Shown: positions 28,562 to 37,567 of the stretch, one piece after another
Layout of the letters: every line of letters begins with the position of its first letter
Position numbering within the stretch: position 1 is the stretch's first letter
Origin: Candidatus Poseidoniales archaeon
GTDB taxonomy: Archaea; Thermoplasmatota; Poseidoniia; Poseidoniales; Poseidoniaceae
Direction of reading: 5' to 3'
Length of the DNA stretch: 64,000 nucleotides
NCBI GenBank assembly: GCA_003602575.1
Contig: QQRY01000059.1
Span: 145-64,144 of the forward strand
The notes under the pieces: generated by a model
Told to the model about the DNA's origin: nothing
What the model saw: the letters and a program-made list of their open reading frames with translations, nothing else
Databases searched by the model: none
Made by a program: the position numbers and the translations under genes

Positions 28562-29533
28562 ATGGCAAAGCGGTGGATGAGGCAGAAGATTTTGCCCATC
28601 CCGAATTTAATACTCGCAATTGTGGTTTTTATCTTACTAACAACTCCTTCATCAAGTGCCGTTGTAATAGATGCTGCAAATGAATTAGAAGGCACATATG
28701 AAGCATCAGGTGGAAGAACTATACTGGTCGAAGAGTTAAGCGCAACATGGTGTTCAAGTTGTTCAGAAATAGATCCTTACTTGATGGAAGTTGCTGATTC
28801 GCACGGCTCCCGAATTTCAATAGTTACTTATCATCCATCAGATGATGTGGATGCCTTTCAACCAGAAGCATCGCAGCATCGAATCGACCGTTTGAAAATT
28901 ACTCACCCTGAAATCGGCTCAACGCCTAGCTTCGTTGTCGATGGTGGAAAAATAAGAGTCGGCCCTGAATCATGGCCAGATGTTCAAAAGGATATTTTGA
29001 CTAAAGAAGTCAACAATCCTAATCCAAGTGAATTGAATTTCGAAATCCAAAGAATCAATGGAAGTATTGAAGCATCGATTAAGGGATTTAATCCACAGGG
29101 CAATGGAGATAATATTTCTCAATTGACATTCATGCTAGCCGAGCATTCGGTCAAAGTTCCAAACGGTTTTGCAAACCCTGGCGAGAGTACAAGAGATCGA
29201 GTTGTCACTGGAGTTGCAGAATGTAATTTACAGAATAATTCAATCGGCTATTCTAATGGATTTAGTAATGTCATAATCAATGATGATTCTTGTACATCAG
29301 GATTTAGTGTAACTTTAGATGAAGATATATCTCAATTTAGTTTGGTTTTAGTTCATGAAAGAGTCGTTGAAAACCTGACTACTCTAGACACTTCAGCAAA
29401 TACTTACGGTGTTGTTGAATTTTCTTACAGGGATGTTGAATCATCGGAATCTTGGAATAATTTAATGATCATATTAATTGGCTTCACAATTATTGGATTT
29501 TTGTGGCATTCTTATCAAAAAACTAAGAATTAA
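28562..29533 (+). CDS. Secreted, membrane-anchored thioredoxin-fold protein
   Basis: Signal peptide; EELSATWCSSC; TPSFVVDG; C-terminal TM. Confidence 0.75.
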   Translation: MAKRWMRQKILPIPNLILAIVVFILLTTPSSSAVVIDAANELEGTYEASGGRTILVEELSATWCSSCSEIDPYLMEVADSHGSRISIVTYHPSDDVDAFQPEASQHRIDRLKITHPEIGSTPSFVVDGGKIRVGPESWPDVQKDILTKEVNNPNPSELNFEIQRINGSIEASIKGFNPQGNGDNISQLTFMLAEHSVKVPNGFANPGESTRDRVVTGVAECNLQNNSIGYSNGFSNVIINDDSCTSGFSVTLDEDISQFSLVLVHERVVENLTTLDTSANTYGVVEFSYRDVESSESWNNLMIILIGFTIIGFLWHSYQKTKN

Positions 29534-29631
29534 GTAATTAAATTACTTTTTACATAAATTAATTTCTGTTTTCAGGCGTAAAATGAACATTTGACCGTAG
29601 GTTTGATAACCTCCCGCGAGAATGATATAAC

Positions 29632-29901
29632 ATGGAAAAGACATGGGAGGATGTTGAGTGGCAGGGAGACGAACCGTTGAAAGAATGGTATGTAGAATAT
29701 ATCGCAATCGTGAATGATGAGAAATTCCACCACATGTCAGTTCTATACGGAGAAGATTACTCTGATGTCCAGAGAAGTCTATTACATGAAGTAAGGAGAA
29801 CTTATACAGTCAATGATAGAATAGATGTAACAATAATCAAGATTCATGAAACCGATGAGAAAACAGATGCTGCCTTATTCGAAGGATTGTTTGTACCTTA
29901 A
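29632..29901 (+). CDS. Small acidic hypothetical protein
   Basis: 89-aa ORF in its own intergenic slot. Confidence 0.65.
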   Translation: MEKTWEDVEWQGDEPLKEWYVEYIAIVNDEKFHHMSVLYGEDYSDVQRSLLHEVRRTYTVNDRIDVTIIKIHETDEKTDAALFEGLFVP

Positions 29902-30501
29902 TCACTTCTCTTGATATCTTATCTCAATGATGTCACTGGTGTTAATAAGTAAATAATCGTCATATTGATCGATTTCTTGACCTCCGACAGTCATTATTAG
30001 TTCATGTGTTGAATTTACTCTATATTCAAAAATCCCAGTTTCATCAAAATGATGCCCCCAGATATCAAAGAATACTCCAATCGGTATATCGATATCTTCA
30101 TTCGATTCAATATGCAATCTTCCTGAGCTGTCGTGAGTATGTACTGCATGCATTTCTTCTCCATCTTTATTACAAATATCAGTCATTATACCCACGTTCG
30201 CAGGAATGACTTCTTGTTGGCCATTGATGAAAATTTGTAGTGTAGCATGGTCATGCCTTGCTAAGCCATCATGGTCCAAACAATCTTGAGAAATAGGGTC
30301 AGGGTTATTCGAGGTATTGTATGATCCACCCGTATTTTCTGATGAATTATTAGAGGAGTTCTCAACAATATCATCTGATGAGTCTTCATTTGAAGAAAAA
30401 ATAGAACTCAGAGATATATCATTCTCTCTAGCCAGAATAGCGAACAAAAGTATTAATGAGACTAATGTTACAAAAGCCCACATTTTGCTTTCTTTATTCA
30501 A
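29902..30501 (-). CDS. Membrane-anchored His-motif protein
   Basis: N-terminal TM; RHDHATLQI..NG..IPANVGI..C..HAVHTHDSSGRLHIE. Confidence 0.75.
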   Translation of the reverse strand: MNKESKMWAFVTLVSLILLFAILARENDISLSSIFSSNEDSSDDIVENSSNNSSENTGGSYNTSNNPDPISQDCLDHDGLARHDHATLQIFINGQQEVIPANVGIMTDICNKDGEEMHAVHTHDSSGRLHIESNEDIDIPIGVFFDIWGHHFDETGIFEYRVNSTHELIMTVGGQEIDQYDDYLLINTSDIIEIRYQEK

Positions 30502-30513
30502 AAAAGCACCTCA

Positions 30514-31113
30514 TCACTTATTCCATTCCGAATTATCTTCTTGGAGTTTCTTCAGTCTGAAAAATCCAACAAATGCAGCGATATTAGCAATATGTGCAGT
30601 TGTACAATAAAGACATATCTTCTCTTCTTGAATCTCATAAGAGACCAATAATCCAATGACTAATAATCCAATACCGGTTGTTAGAAGACCCATACTTACA
30701 AATCGCTCAGAAAGTGGATGGTTATGTTCTTGCTTCAAAACTAATACAATGAAGAGCAGTAATGCAAAAGTGGCCATTCCAATTAGACCCCATGATAGAC
30801 CTAAGACAGGGTCTACATTCAGTTTGCTATTACCTAGTAAATCATCGCAAGAAAAAGTCGATGTTGAAGAACAGAAACTCCCTCCTTCACTGATTTTTGA
30901 GGAAATCCAAAGTGTCTGAGTGGATACTGCAAACCCTGCGAGTGAAATTAATTGAAGTCCTGAAAGTAAACGCCCTCTAGCTGTTTTTAGCGAAGGAAAT
31001 CTATCTGTTAAAGAAGATACGAAAGATTCGCCCCAAGGAGTTACGATCAGAAAACCAATCAATACAGGCAAAAGATATGCTCCAACAAGAAGATTAGATG
31101 TCAAATCAAGCAC
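30514..31113 (-). CDS. Vitamin K epoxide reductase (VKOR) family protein
   Basis: FCSSTSTFSCDDLL loop cysteines; ICLYCTTAH redox motif; start uncertain. Confidence 0.9.
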   Translation of the reverse strand: MLDLTSNLLVGAYLLPVLIGFLIVTPWGESFVSSLTDRFPSLKTARGRLLSGLQLISLAGFAVSTQTLWISSKISEGGSFCSSTSTFSCDDLLGNSKLNVDPVLGLSWGLIGMATFALLLFIVLVLKQEHNHPLSERFVSMGLLTTGIGLLVIGLLVSYEIQEEKICLYCTTAHIANIAAFVGFFRLKKLQEDNSEWNK

Positions 31114-31741
31114 TCTCCCTAGGAACCAATCTAACGATTGCATCATTTACTTTTTCATCTTGATGTTCCGAAGAGGACCAAGCGATTATCCCATCTGGTT
31201 GAATCAAGAAATAGTTTGGAGTTCCTGGAATACCCCATTCTTTCATGTTGTCTTGGTCAATATCGTCAATGTAAGGGAAGTTGTGATTATAGTCGGACCG
31301 GAATTTTTCAATCTCTGCTCTATCCGTTTCATGACCTTGGATATCGAGTTCTGTGGCACTGGCTAAAAAGTTGACATGAGGTCCGTTCCAATCGGGATTA
31401 TTGACACTGAAGGTATTAGCAAATTGACCATATTCATCTGCTGTTTGCTGACAATAAGGACAATCAGTATCCATGAACTCGATTACAACCCATTGACCGC
31501 TAACATCGCCTTCTTGCCATGAGGTATTGAAATAACTACTAAAGTCAAATTCTGTCCATCCTGAGCCATTGTAGTACTTACCTTCAATGTCAGGTGCTCT
31601 TTGTCCTTCATTAGTTCCTACTGAAACTGGGTTTGCCGTAAAAGCAATAATCATAATTCCAATAAAAAACAATGACATGACCTTGATTAGAGCATTGCCA
31701 ACTGCTGCTGCGTTTTCATCTTCTATAACATCAATCTTCAT
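31106..31741 (-). CDS. Membrane-anchored redoxin (TlpA/AhpC-TSA-like)
   Basis: TM; G..APD; EFMDTDCPYC; GTPNYFLIQPDG. Confidence 0.85.
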   Translation of the reverse strand: MKIDVIEDENAAAVGNALIKVMSLFFIGIMIIAFTANPVSVGTNEGQRAPDIEGKYYNGSGWTEFDFSSYFNTSWQEGDVSGQWVVIEFMDTDCPYCQQTADEYGQFANTFSVNNPDWNGPHVNFLASATELDIQGHETDRAEIEKFRSDYNHNFPYIDDIDQDNMKEWGIPGTPNYFLIQPDGIIAWSSSEHQDEKVNDAIVRLVPRESA

Positions 31742-31745
31742 AATT

Positions 31746-32690
31746 TCACAGTCCTATTTCCTCGATTAAGCACTTAGCCGTATGACGTATTGCATCCTCG
31801 CTGTTATATCGCACATCATATCCTGTTGAAAGCATTTTGTCAATACCGAGCATCGCCCTTGGGATATCTCCAGCCCAACCTCTGTCCCCACCAGTATACT
31901 CGATCTTTGCGTCTTTGCAATTGGTTTCTTCGATTACTATTTCGGCAATTCTAGATACTGAGGCTGTATCATGACTACCTAAATTAAACAAATTTAGACT
32001 CTCATTGGAATTTTCCATTACATGTAAAATCCCGTCAACGCAATCACCAACTTCCATGTACGACTTTTCTTGAAGCCCATTACCTAGAACTTCAAGTCTT
32101 GAAGGGTCTGCTTTGAGTTTGTGAATAAAATCAAAAATTACGCCATGTGTACCTCTGTGTCCAATAATATTGGCAAATCTAAAAATCCATGCTTGAAGAC
32201 CAAAGGTACCCACCCAACTACTAATCAGTCCTTCTCCCGCCTGTTTACTAGCTCCATAAAGAGAAATTGGCATACATGGTCCATGATTCTCAGGTGTTGG
32301 CATAGGTGCATTTTCGCCATATACTACCGAAGAAGATGCAAATACGATCTTTTTTACTTCACACCTTCTCATAGATTCAACAATATTGTAAGTTGCAATT
32401 GTCCCTTGCTTCAAATCTGTATCTGTAATCTTGGTTCCCAATCTAATATCGGGATTAGCCGCTAAATGGAACACGCAATCTATTCCTTCCATAGCTCCAT
32501 GAACGTCATCAAAATTAGTGATATCTCCCTCATGTAAAACTACAGAGCCCGAATCAATATGAGTTTGAATGAATTCAATCTTGCCGCTGGACAAATTATC
32601 TAAAACTACGACTTCATCACCTCTAGAAATCAATCTATCAATAAGATGTGAACCAATAAATCCAGCCCCACCTGTAACAAGTGCTCGCAT
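31746..32690 (-). CDS. NAD-dependent nucleotide-sugar epimerase/dehydratase (GalE-like)
   Basis: GGAGFIG, SSSVVYG, YGASK. Confidence 0.93.
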   Translation of the reverse strand: MRALVTGGAGFIGSHLIDRLISRGDEVVVLDNLSSGKIEFIQTHIDSGSVVLHEGDITNFDDVHGAMEGIDCVFHLAANPDIRLGTKITDTDLKQGTIATYNIVESMRRCEVKKIVFASSSVVYGENAPMPTPENHGPCMPISLYGASKQAGEGLISSWVGTFGLQAWIFRFANIIGHRGTHGVIFDFIHKLKADPSRLEVLGNGLQEKSYMEVGDCVDGILHVMENSNESLNLFNLGSHDTASVSRIAEIVIEETNCKDAKIEYTGGDRGWAGDIPRAMLGIDKMLSTGYDVRYNSEDAIRHTAKCLIEEIGL

Positions 32691-32817
32691 AGTTTAACCA
32701 ACAAACACGACCGTATAAGGAGAATGGTTTACGTGATAAGACCAAATGATTACTTTGATAACCATTGAAACTAACAGATATATTTCCTGCTGGCTAAGTC
32801 AGCAAGGTTGTGAGAAA

Positions 32818-33087
32818 ATGGTAAAACAAAAAATAGGAAAAAATGAACAAGAAAATAAGAACGAAAAATTGGAAGAAAACAGAAGCCTACTTGTAGGTTA
32901 TGTTAGAAAAAGTAATGCTGGTGGAGCACTGAAAATTTCCATCAATAATGATGCTTTTTCAGACTGCTTGACATATGTTACTAGCGATGGACAAACATAT
33001 GTCCCACTAGTCATATCTCTGAATGCCTTAAATCGTGTGATCGAAGGTGAAAGAGCTGTGACTACAATCAGTCAAATGCTTGACTAA
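32818..33087 (+). CDS. Small hypothetical protein
   Basis: LVGYVRKSNAGGALKISIN...Y.TSDGQ.YV.L; compact beta-rich sequence; ATG 32818 chosen as start. Confidence 0.8.
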   Translation: MVKQKIGKNEQENKNEKLEENRSLLVGYVRKSNAGGALKISINNDAFSDCLTYVTSDGQTYVPLVISLNALNRVIEGERAVTTISQMLD

Positions 33088-33105
33088 TCATTTAATTATG
33101 ATGCA

Positions 33106-33167
33106 GGTCGTGAATGAGTTCACGCCATAAATAACGCCTGCAACCGCTCTGAGGAGTGGTTGCAGGC
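33106..33167. other. Twin-hairpin element, both loops TGAG
   Basis: CGTGAA-TGAG-TTCACG (33109-33124) and GCCTGCAACCGCTC-TGAG-GAGTGGTTGCAGGC (33136-33167, 14 bp with one G-U). Confidence 0.6.
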
Positions 33168-33242
33168 CCTTAGTAAGTAATTTTATACTAAATCTATATT
33201 TATATCAATACCAATATATAGTCACGGTCAACAGGTAAGTAT

Positions 33243-34187
33243 GTGGAAATGGGTGATACACATACCGATGAGACCGAGCGTTTCATCGTGGCAGGGATGC
33301 CAATGTACAATGAAGAAGAAACCATTGGCACAGTTGTAACAATGGCTCTAAGGCATGTTGATGCTGTAATTTGTATTGACGATGGTTCATCGGATTCAAG
33401 TGCAAGAATTGCAGAAAAATGTGGTGCAATAGTTGTTAGACACAGAGTTAATCGAGGCTATGGAGGCGCTTTGAAGACACTATTTATTAAAGCCAAAGAG
33501 ATCAATGCTGATGCTCTTGTAATACTAGACAGTGACGGCCAGCATGAAACCTCTGATATTCCTAAGTTACTAGAACCAATTATTTCAGGTGAAGCAGATT
33601 TCACAATAGGCTCCCGATTCATAAATGGGGGAGGTGGTACAGATATGCCAGCATATAGAAGATTAGGAATAAAAGTAATCACTGCCGCAAGTAATCTTTC
33701 TAGTGATTTGGGCATCAAAGATACCCAATCTGGATTTAGAGCCTTCTCTCGTTCTGCAATTGAAAGGTTGAGATTCGATGCGGAGGGCATGGAATTATCT
33801 CTTGAGATGTTAGAGGATGCTCATGATAAGAATCTAAAAATTCAAGAAGTACCAACAATTATTCGTTACGATGTCCCTAAAGGATCCAATTTCACGGCTG
33901 TATCTCACGGATTCACAGTCCTATCTTGGGCACTACTTTCCCTATCTCAAAAGAAACCACTTCTTGTATTAGGAATTCCAGGTGTTGGCCTATTAGCAAC
34001 TGGTGCAGCGATGGGATTGAATCTGGCTCAAGGATTTACAGGACAACTTGACAATTACATTGGAACTGGACTTTCTGCTGTCTGGATTGGAGTATTAGGC
34101 CTATCATTGATGGCAACTGGACTAGTCCTACAAAGTGCTCGAGGTTTCCTTAAGCATCTACTTGTAAAAGAGTTCGGGCTAGACTAA
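33243..34187 (+). CDS. Glycosyltransferase family 2 (DPM1/AglJ-like) with two C-terminal TM helices
   Basis: PMYNEE, IDDGSSD, NRGYG, LDSDGQH, GSRF, DTQSGFR. Confidence 0.92.
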   Translation: MEMGDTHTDETERFIVAGMPMYNEEETIGTVVTMALRHVDAVICIDDGSSDSSARIAEKCGAIVVRHRVNRGYGGALKTLFIKAKEINADALVILDSDGQHETSDIPKLLEPIISGEADFTIGSRFINGGGGTDMPAYRRLGIKVITAASNLSSDLGIKDTQSGFRAFSRSAIERLRFDAEGMELSLEMLEDAHDKNLKIQEVPTIIRYDVPKGSNFTAVSHGFTVLSWALLSLSQKKPLLVLGIPGVGLLATGAAMGLNLAQGFTGQLDNYIGTGLSAVWIGVLGLSLMATGLVLQSARGFLKHLLVKEFGLD

Positions 34188-34239
34188 CCGAATTTCGAAT
34201 TTATGCTAAATTCGATTATTATTACTGAATGGTAATAGT

Positions 34240-37212
34240 ATGGTTCAAGACCCTACTATATTTCGACTAATCATGAGCGAAAGGGGCGGACCTATACGGG
34301 AAGCCCTCAATACCGTATCAGAACAATTTTCGAGTGTCCGTAGAAGAATTGCAGATTCGACTACTAAAAAACTCGATAGTATGTATGGAAATATTTTGTC
34401 ATCTCCTGCTACAGTTGTGATTCTTTTAGTTATAATTGCGGCTTTTTTTGCTCAGCAGGGTATGAGTTTCCAAGACCAAATCGATGATGATGTAGAAATT
34501 TTTCTTCCTGATGGCGCTCCATCCACAGAACTATTACTCGAAGTTAGGGAAGAATGGTCTACTGATATAACCATTATTTACATCAAAACCAATAATGCAG
34601 ACCCTAACCTTGATGAAAATGGTCAACCAATGTGGGCTAAAGGTGAAGATAATATTACAGATAAAGCAATTCTTGAAGAGATTAGTTGGGTTGAAGGTGA
34701 TGACCGAAATATTGGTGGAGATTCGATTAGTAGAGGCATAGACTATGACAAGGATGACCATGGACGAAATGATGGAGTTTTATGGATAATATCTCCTGCA
34801 CAAATAATGAAAGAGATTAATTCTGCTGATGGTAGATTTAATGATTCATTTTGTAATAATATCATCGACACTAGAGACCCTGGTGAATTGATTAGTTTTG
34901 ATATTCCGTGTGACATGCTGCCACCTGGAGGAGAATATGCTATACCGGAGCAAGCTCAAATTGATCGAATCATTGAAGAATCAAATGGGAGTTTTGAAGC
35001 TCTAATAAAAGATACTAATGACATGGACTTATCTTATGATAGTGATGGAGACGGTGATCCCACAAATGACATGGATGGAGATGGAATATGGGATACAACT
35101 GCAATAATTGTAGGGATGAGCCAAGATTTTGATTCAATGGAAGATTTTGCAGACTTTAAGGAATTGATGAACCATTTTGAGAGGGTTATAGAAAATCGTC
35201 CTGGATACGAAGATGAAAATAATCCTGCGTTGGAAGAAATGACTGTTACTGGTTTGAATAAAGTCTTAGAAGATGTTTCCGAAGAAATTTATCAAGACCT
35301 ATTGATGATTCTTCCGTGGTCAGTACTATTTACAATCCTTATTATCACCGCCCTCCATAGGTCTTTGAAGGTGGTAGTAATCACCGGTCTTCCAATAGTA
35401 ATGGCACTTGCTGTCACATTTGGTTCGTCTGTAATTCTTGATTTCACGCTGACTCCTATGATAGTTGCAACGTTCCCAATTTTAATTGGTTTAGGTGTAG
35501 ATTATGCATTACATATGGTTAATCGTATTGAAGAAGTGCGGCGCAAAGAACTCATCAAATTAACAGATGAAAATGAAAGAAGAAGACGTAAGGGTCAAAC
35601 TTTACAAGAAGTTCCAGATTTATGGGATTTGGATTTTTATAAAAAATGTGTTCTCGAAATGACAAGTTCAACCGGAGTGGCTGTTTTTATTTCCGCCATG
35701 ACTACAATTATTGGTTTCTCAGTACTGATTGCGCCTCAAATAGTCACAGTTGCACCAATCCGTTCAGTTGGTATGACACTTGTAATAGGGATTGCATCAA
35801 CCCTATTTTTCAGTATTATTTTGGTTCCAACTCTTGCATGGATGCTCGGGTTCCATAAACGTTCGAACCTAATTAATTGGAAGAATATTGGCAAGTGGCC
35901 AGTAAAAGGATTTTTGGTAATATTACTTATTGCAGGTAGCATTACATTTTCTGGAATCATGATGTGGAGTGGCCAAATGGATAAATCCATTACTGGAAGT
36001 GACCAAACACCAGATAATATAGATTCAATCGAATCATTGTCAGAATATTCAAGTTATTTCAGCGGAGGGCAAACTTCACTATTCATTTTCAGCGCTGAAG
36101 AGCGAACCAATAATAATAATACTGACCAAATTAGGGACTTACCAGTCTTAGATGTAATCGATGGACTAGAGAATAGGATAGACGATGTTGATAGAACTAA
36201 TACAACGAGTATAGTGACTTTCCTTAGAACAATACCGGTACAGATTGGATGGGAGGCACCGGTCATAGGCGGTACCTATGTTTACAAGGATAGCTTGTGG
36301 AATTTCCTGCATGAGCCTTGCTGGACAAGTAATGATCCAATAGAATGTAATGCTTGGTTATTACTGGATGCTTCAGGGCCAGGTGGAAGGGAACAACTAC
36401 GCAAGGACATGGTAAATGTCGTTTTTGATACATTGAGCGATGAAGTATTGTCTATGCTACTGAATGAAGACGGTACAAAGGGCATCGTCTATGTTACTCA
36501 GCCATATATGAATTTGGACTATGCATCTGAATTGAGAGATGACATCGATTTAATGTTGCAAGAGGATACAGGACTTGATGGCACTGGTGCATCAAAGTTG
36601 ACTGGAGGCTTACCTGTATCCTTGGACATCAATGAGGGAATTCATGGTGCTCAAAATCTAACAACTATTGTCACAATGATTATTCTCACAATAGTTTTAT
36701 CATTTGTTTTCCGATCATTCAGATTGGGAATATATACTATGATTCCTGTAGCAGTTGTGATTCTTTGGCAACCTATTTTGATGGATAGTTCAGATGTAAA
36801 TGTTAATATTTTCACTGCAATGATTGGCACAATTGTATTTGGCATCGGGGTTGATGATTCAATCCACGTGATGCACAGAATACAAGAGGAAGGGGAAACT
36901 CCCACGGGAATTGCAAATTCTATAGAAGAGACTGGTCAGACCATATTTGAAACCACAATCACAACAGTCAGCGGTATTGCTGCTGGATTTTTAGTATCAT
37001 TCCCTGGACTTGAGAACTTCTTCATGATAATGTGTCTACTGATCATATTTGCCTTCATTACGAGTACTTTCTTATTACCTGCTGTAATAACATTAGAACA
37101 TTGGATCAAGGCTAAAATCAAAGGAGAAGGAAATTGGATTGATTATGGAGAAGGAATAGCATTGGCTTCACCAATATCGATGAAGCCGCTTGACGCGGTC
37201 TTGGAAGAGTAG
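34240..37212 (+). CDS. MMPL/RND-superfamily transporter
   Basis: GLGVDYALH and GIGVDDSIH motifs, large loops; DSDGDGD acidic insert. Confidence 0.9.
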   Translation: MVQDPTIFRLIMSERGGPIREALNTVSEQFSSVRRRIADSTTKKLDSMYGNILSSPATVVILLVIIAAFFAQQGMSFQDQIDDDVEIFLPDGAPSTELLLEVREEWSTDITIIYIKTNNADPNLDENGQPMWAKGEDNITDKAILEEISWVEGDDRNIGGDSISRGIDYDKDDHGRNDGVLWIISPAQIMKEINSADGRFNDSFCNNIIDTRDPGELISFDIPCDMLPPGGEYAIPEQAQIDRIIEESNGSFEALIKDTNDMDLSYDSDGDGDPTNDMDGDGIWDTTAIIVGMSQDFDSMEDFADFKELMNHFERVIENRPGYEDENNPALEEMTVTGLNKVLEDVSEEIYQDLLMILPWSVLFTILIITALHRSLKVVVITGLPIVMALAVTFGSSVILDFTLTPMIVATFPILIGLGVDYALHMVNRIEEVRRKELIKLTDENERRRRKGQTLQEVPDLWDLDFYKKCVLEMTSSTGVAVFISAMTTIIGFSVLIAPQIVTVAPIRSVGMTLVIGIASTLFFSIILVPTLAWMLGFHKRSNLINWKNIGKWPVKGFLVILLIAGSITFSGIMMWSGQMDKSITGSDQTPDNIDSIESLSEYSSYFSGGQTSLFIFSAEERTNNNNTDQIRDLPVLDVIDGLENRIDDVDRTNTTSIVTFLRTIPVQIGWEAPVIGGTYVYKDSLWNFLHEPCWTSNDPIECNAWLLLDASGPGGREQLRKDMVNVVFDTLSDEVLSMLLNEDGTKGIVYVTQPYMNLDYASELRDDIDLMLQEDTGLDGTGASKLTGGLPVSLDINEGIHGAQNLTTIVTMIILTIVLSFVFRSFRLGIYTMIPVAVVILWQPILMDSSDVNVNIFTAMIGTIVFGIGVDDSIHVMHRIQEEGETPTGIANSIEETGQTIFETTITTVSGIAAGFLVSFPGLENFFMIMCLLIIFAFITSTFLLPAVITLEHWIKAKIKGEGNWIDYGEGIALASPISMKPLDAVLEE

Positions 37213-37213
37213 T

Positions 37214-37517
37214 GGAGGAGTAGGGAGTAAGCCCCTTTCTGTTACCTTTCGGCGACCACATTCAACTTAGCATCCTACCTGTCCCTAGGCACGCAACCTC
37301 AAAACGGGACTGTTTGGACTTGCTCCTGTGCGGTTGCTCGTTTCATCGACCACAAGGCAATCTCCGTCTTTCAACATCATAGTACACACCTTGTATCGTT
37401 CGTTTCTGTAGCATTGACCTAACCATCTCTGATTTCTCACTTCTGCGAGGCACACGCGTTATGGAGAGGGGACTTTCCTCAGAGTCGAACTCTGTCAGTG
37501 GCCCTCCTACTCCCTCC
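37214..37517 (-). ncRNA. rnpB: Archaeal RNase P RNA
   Basis: Reverse strand carries GAGGAAAGTCCCC (CR-I) and AACAGAAAGGGGCTTA (CR-V), which pair as P4; terminal GGAGTAGG/CCTACTCC forms P1; ~300 nt. Confidence 0.93.
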
Positions 37518-37567
37518 AAATATCCGTGTAACCTATACAATTCAAAACCTTCGGATAGAAAATCCAA

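Noticed and set aside
33098..33152. C/D-box sRNA reading (ATGATGC ... CTGA)
   Set aside because: Box C is imperfect, there is no convincing C' box, and the CTGA lies within a strong hairpin
37343..37567. 74-aa minus-strand ORF
   Set aside because: Overlaps the RNase P RNA gene
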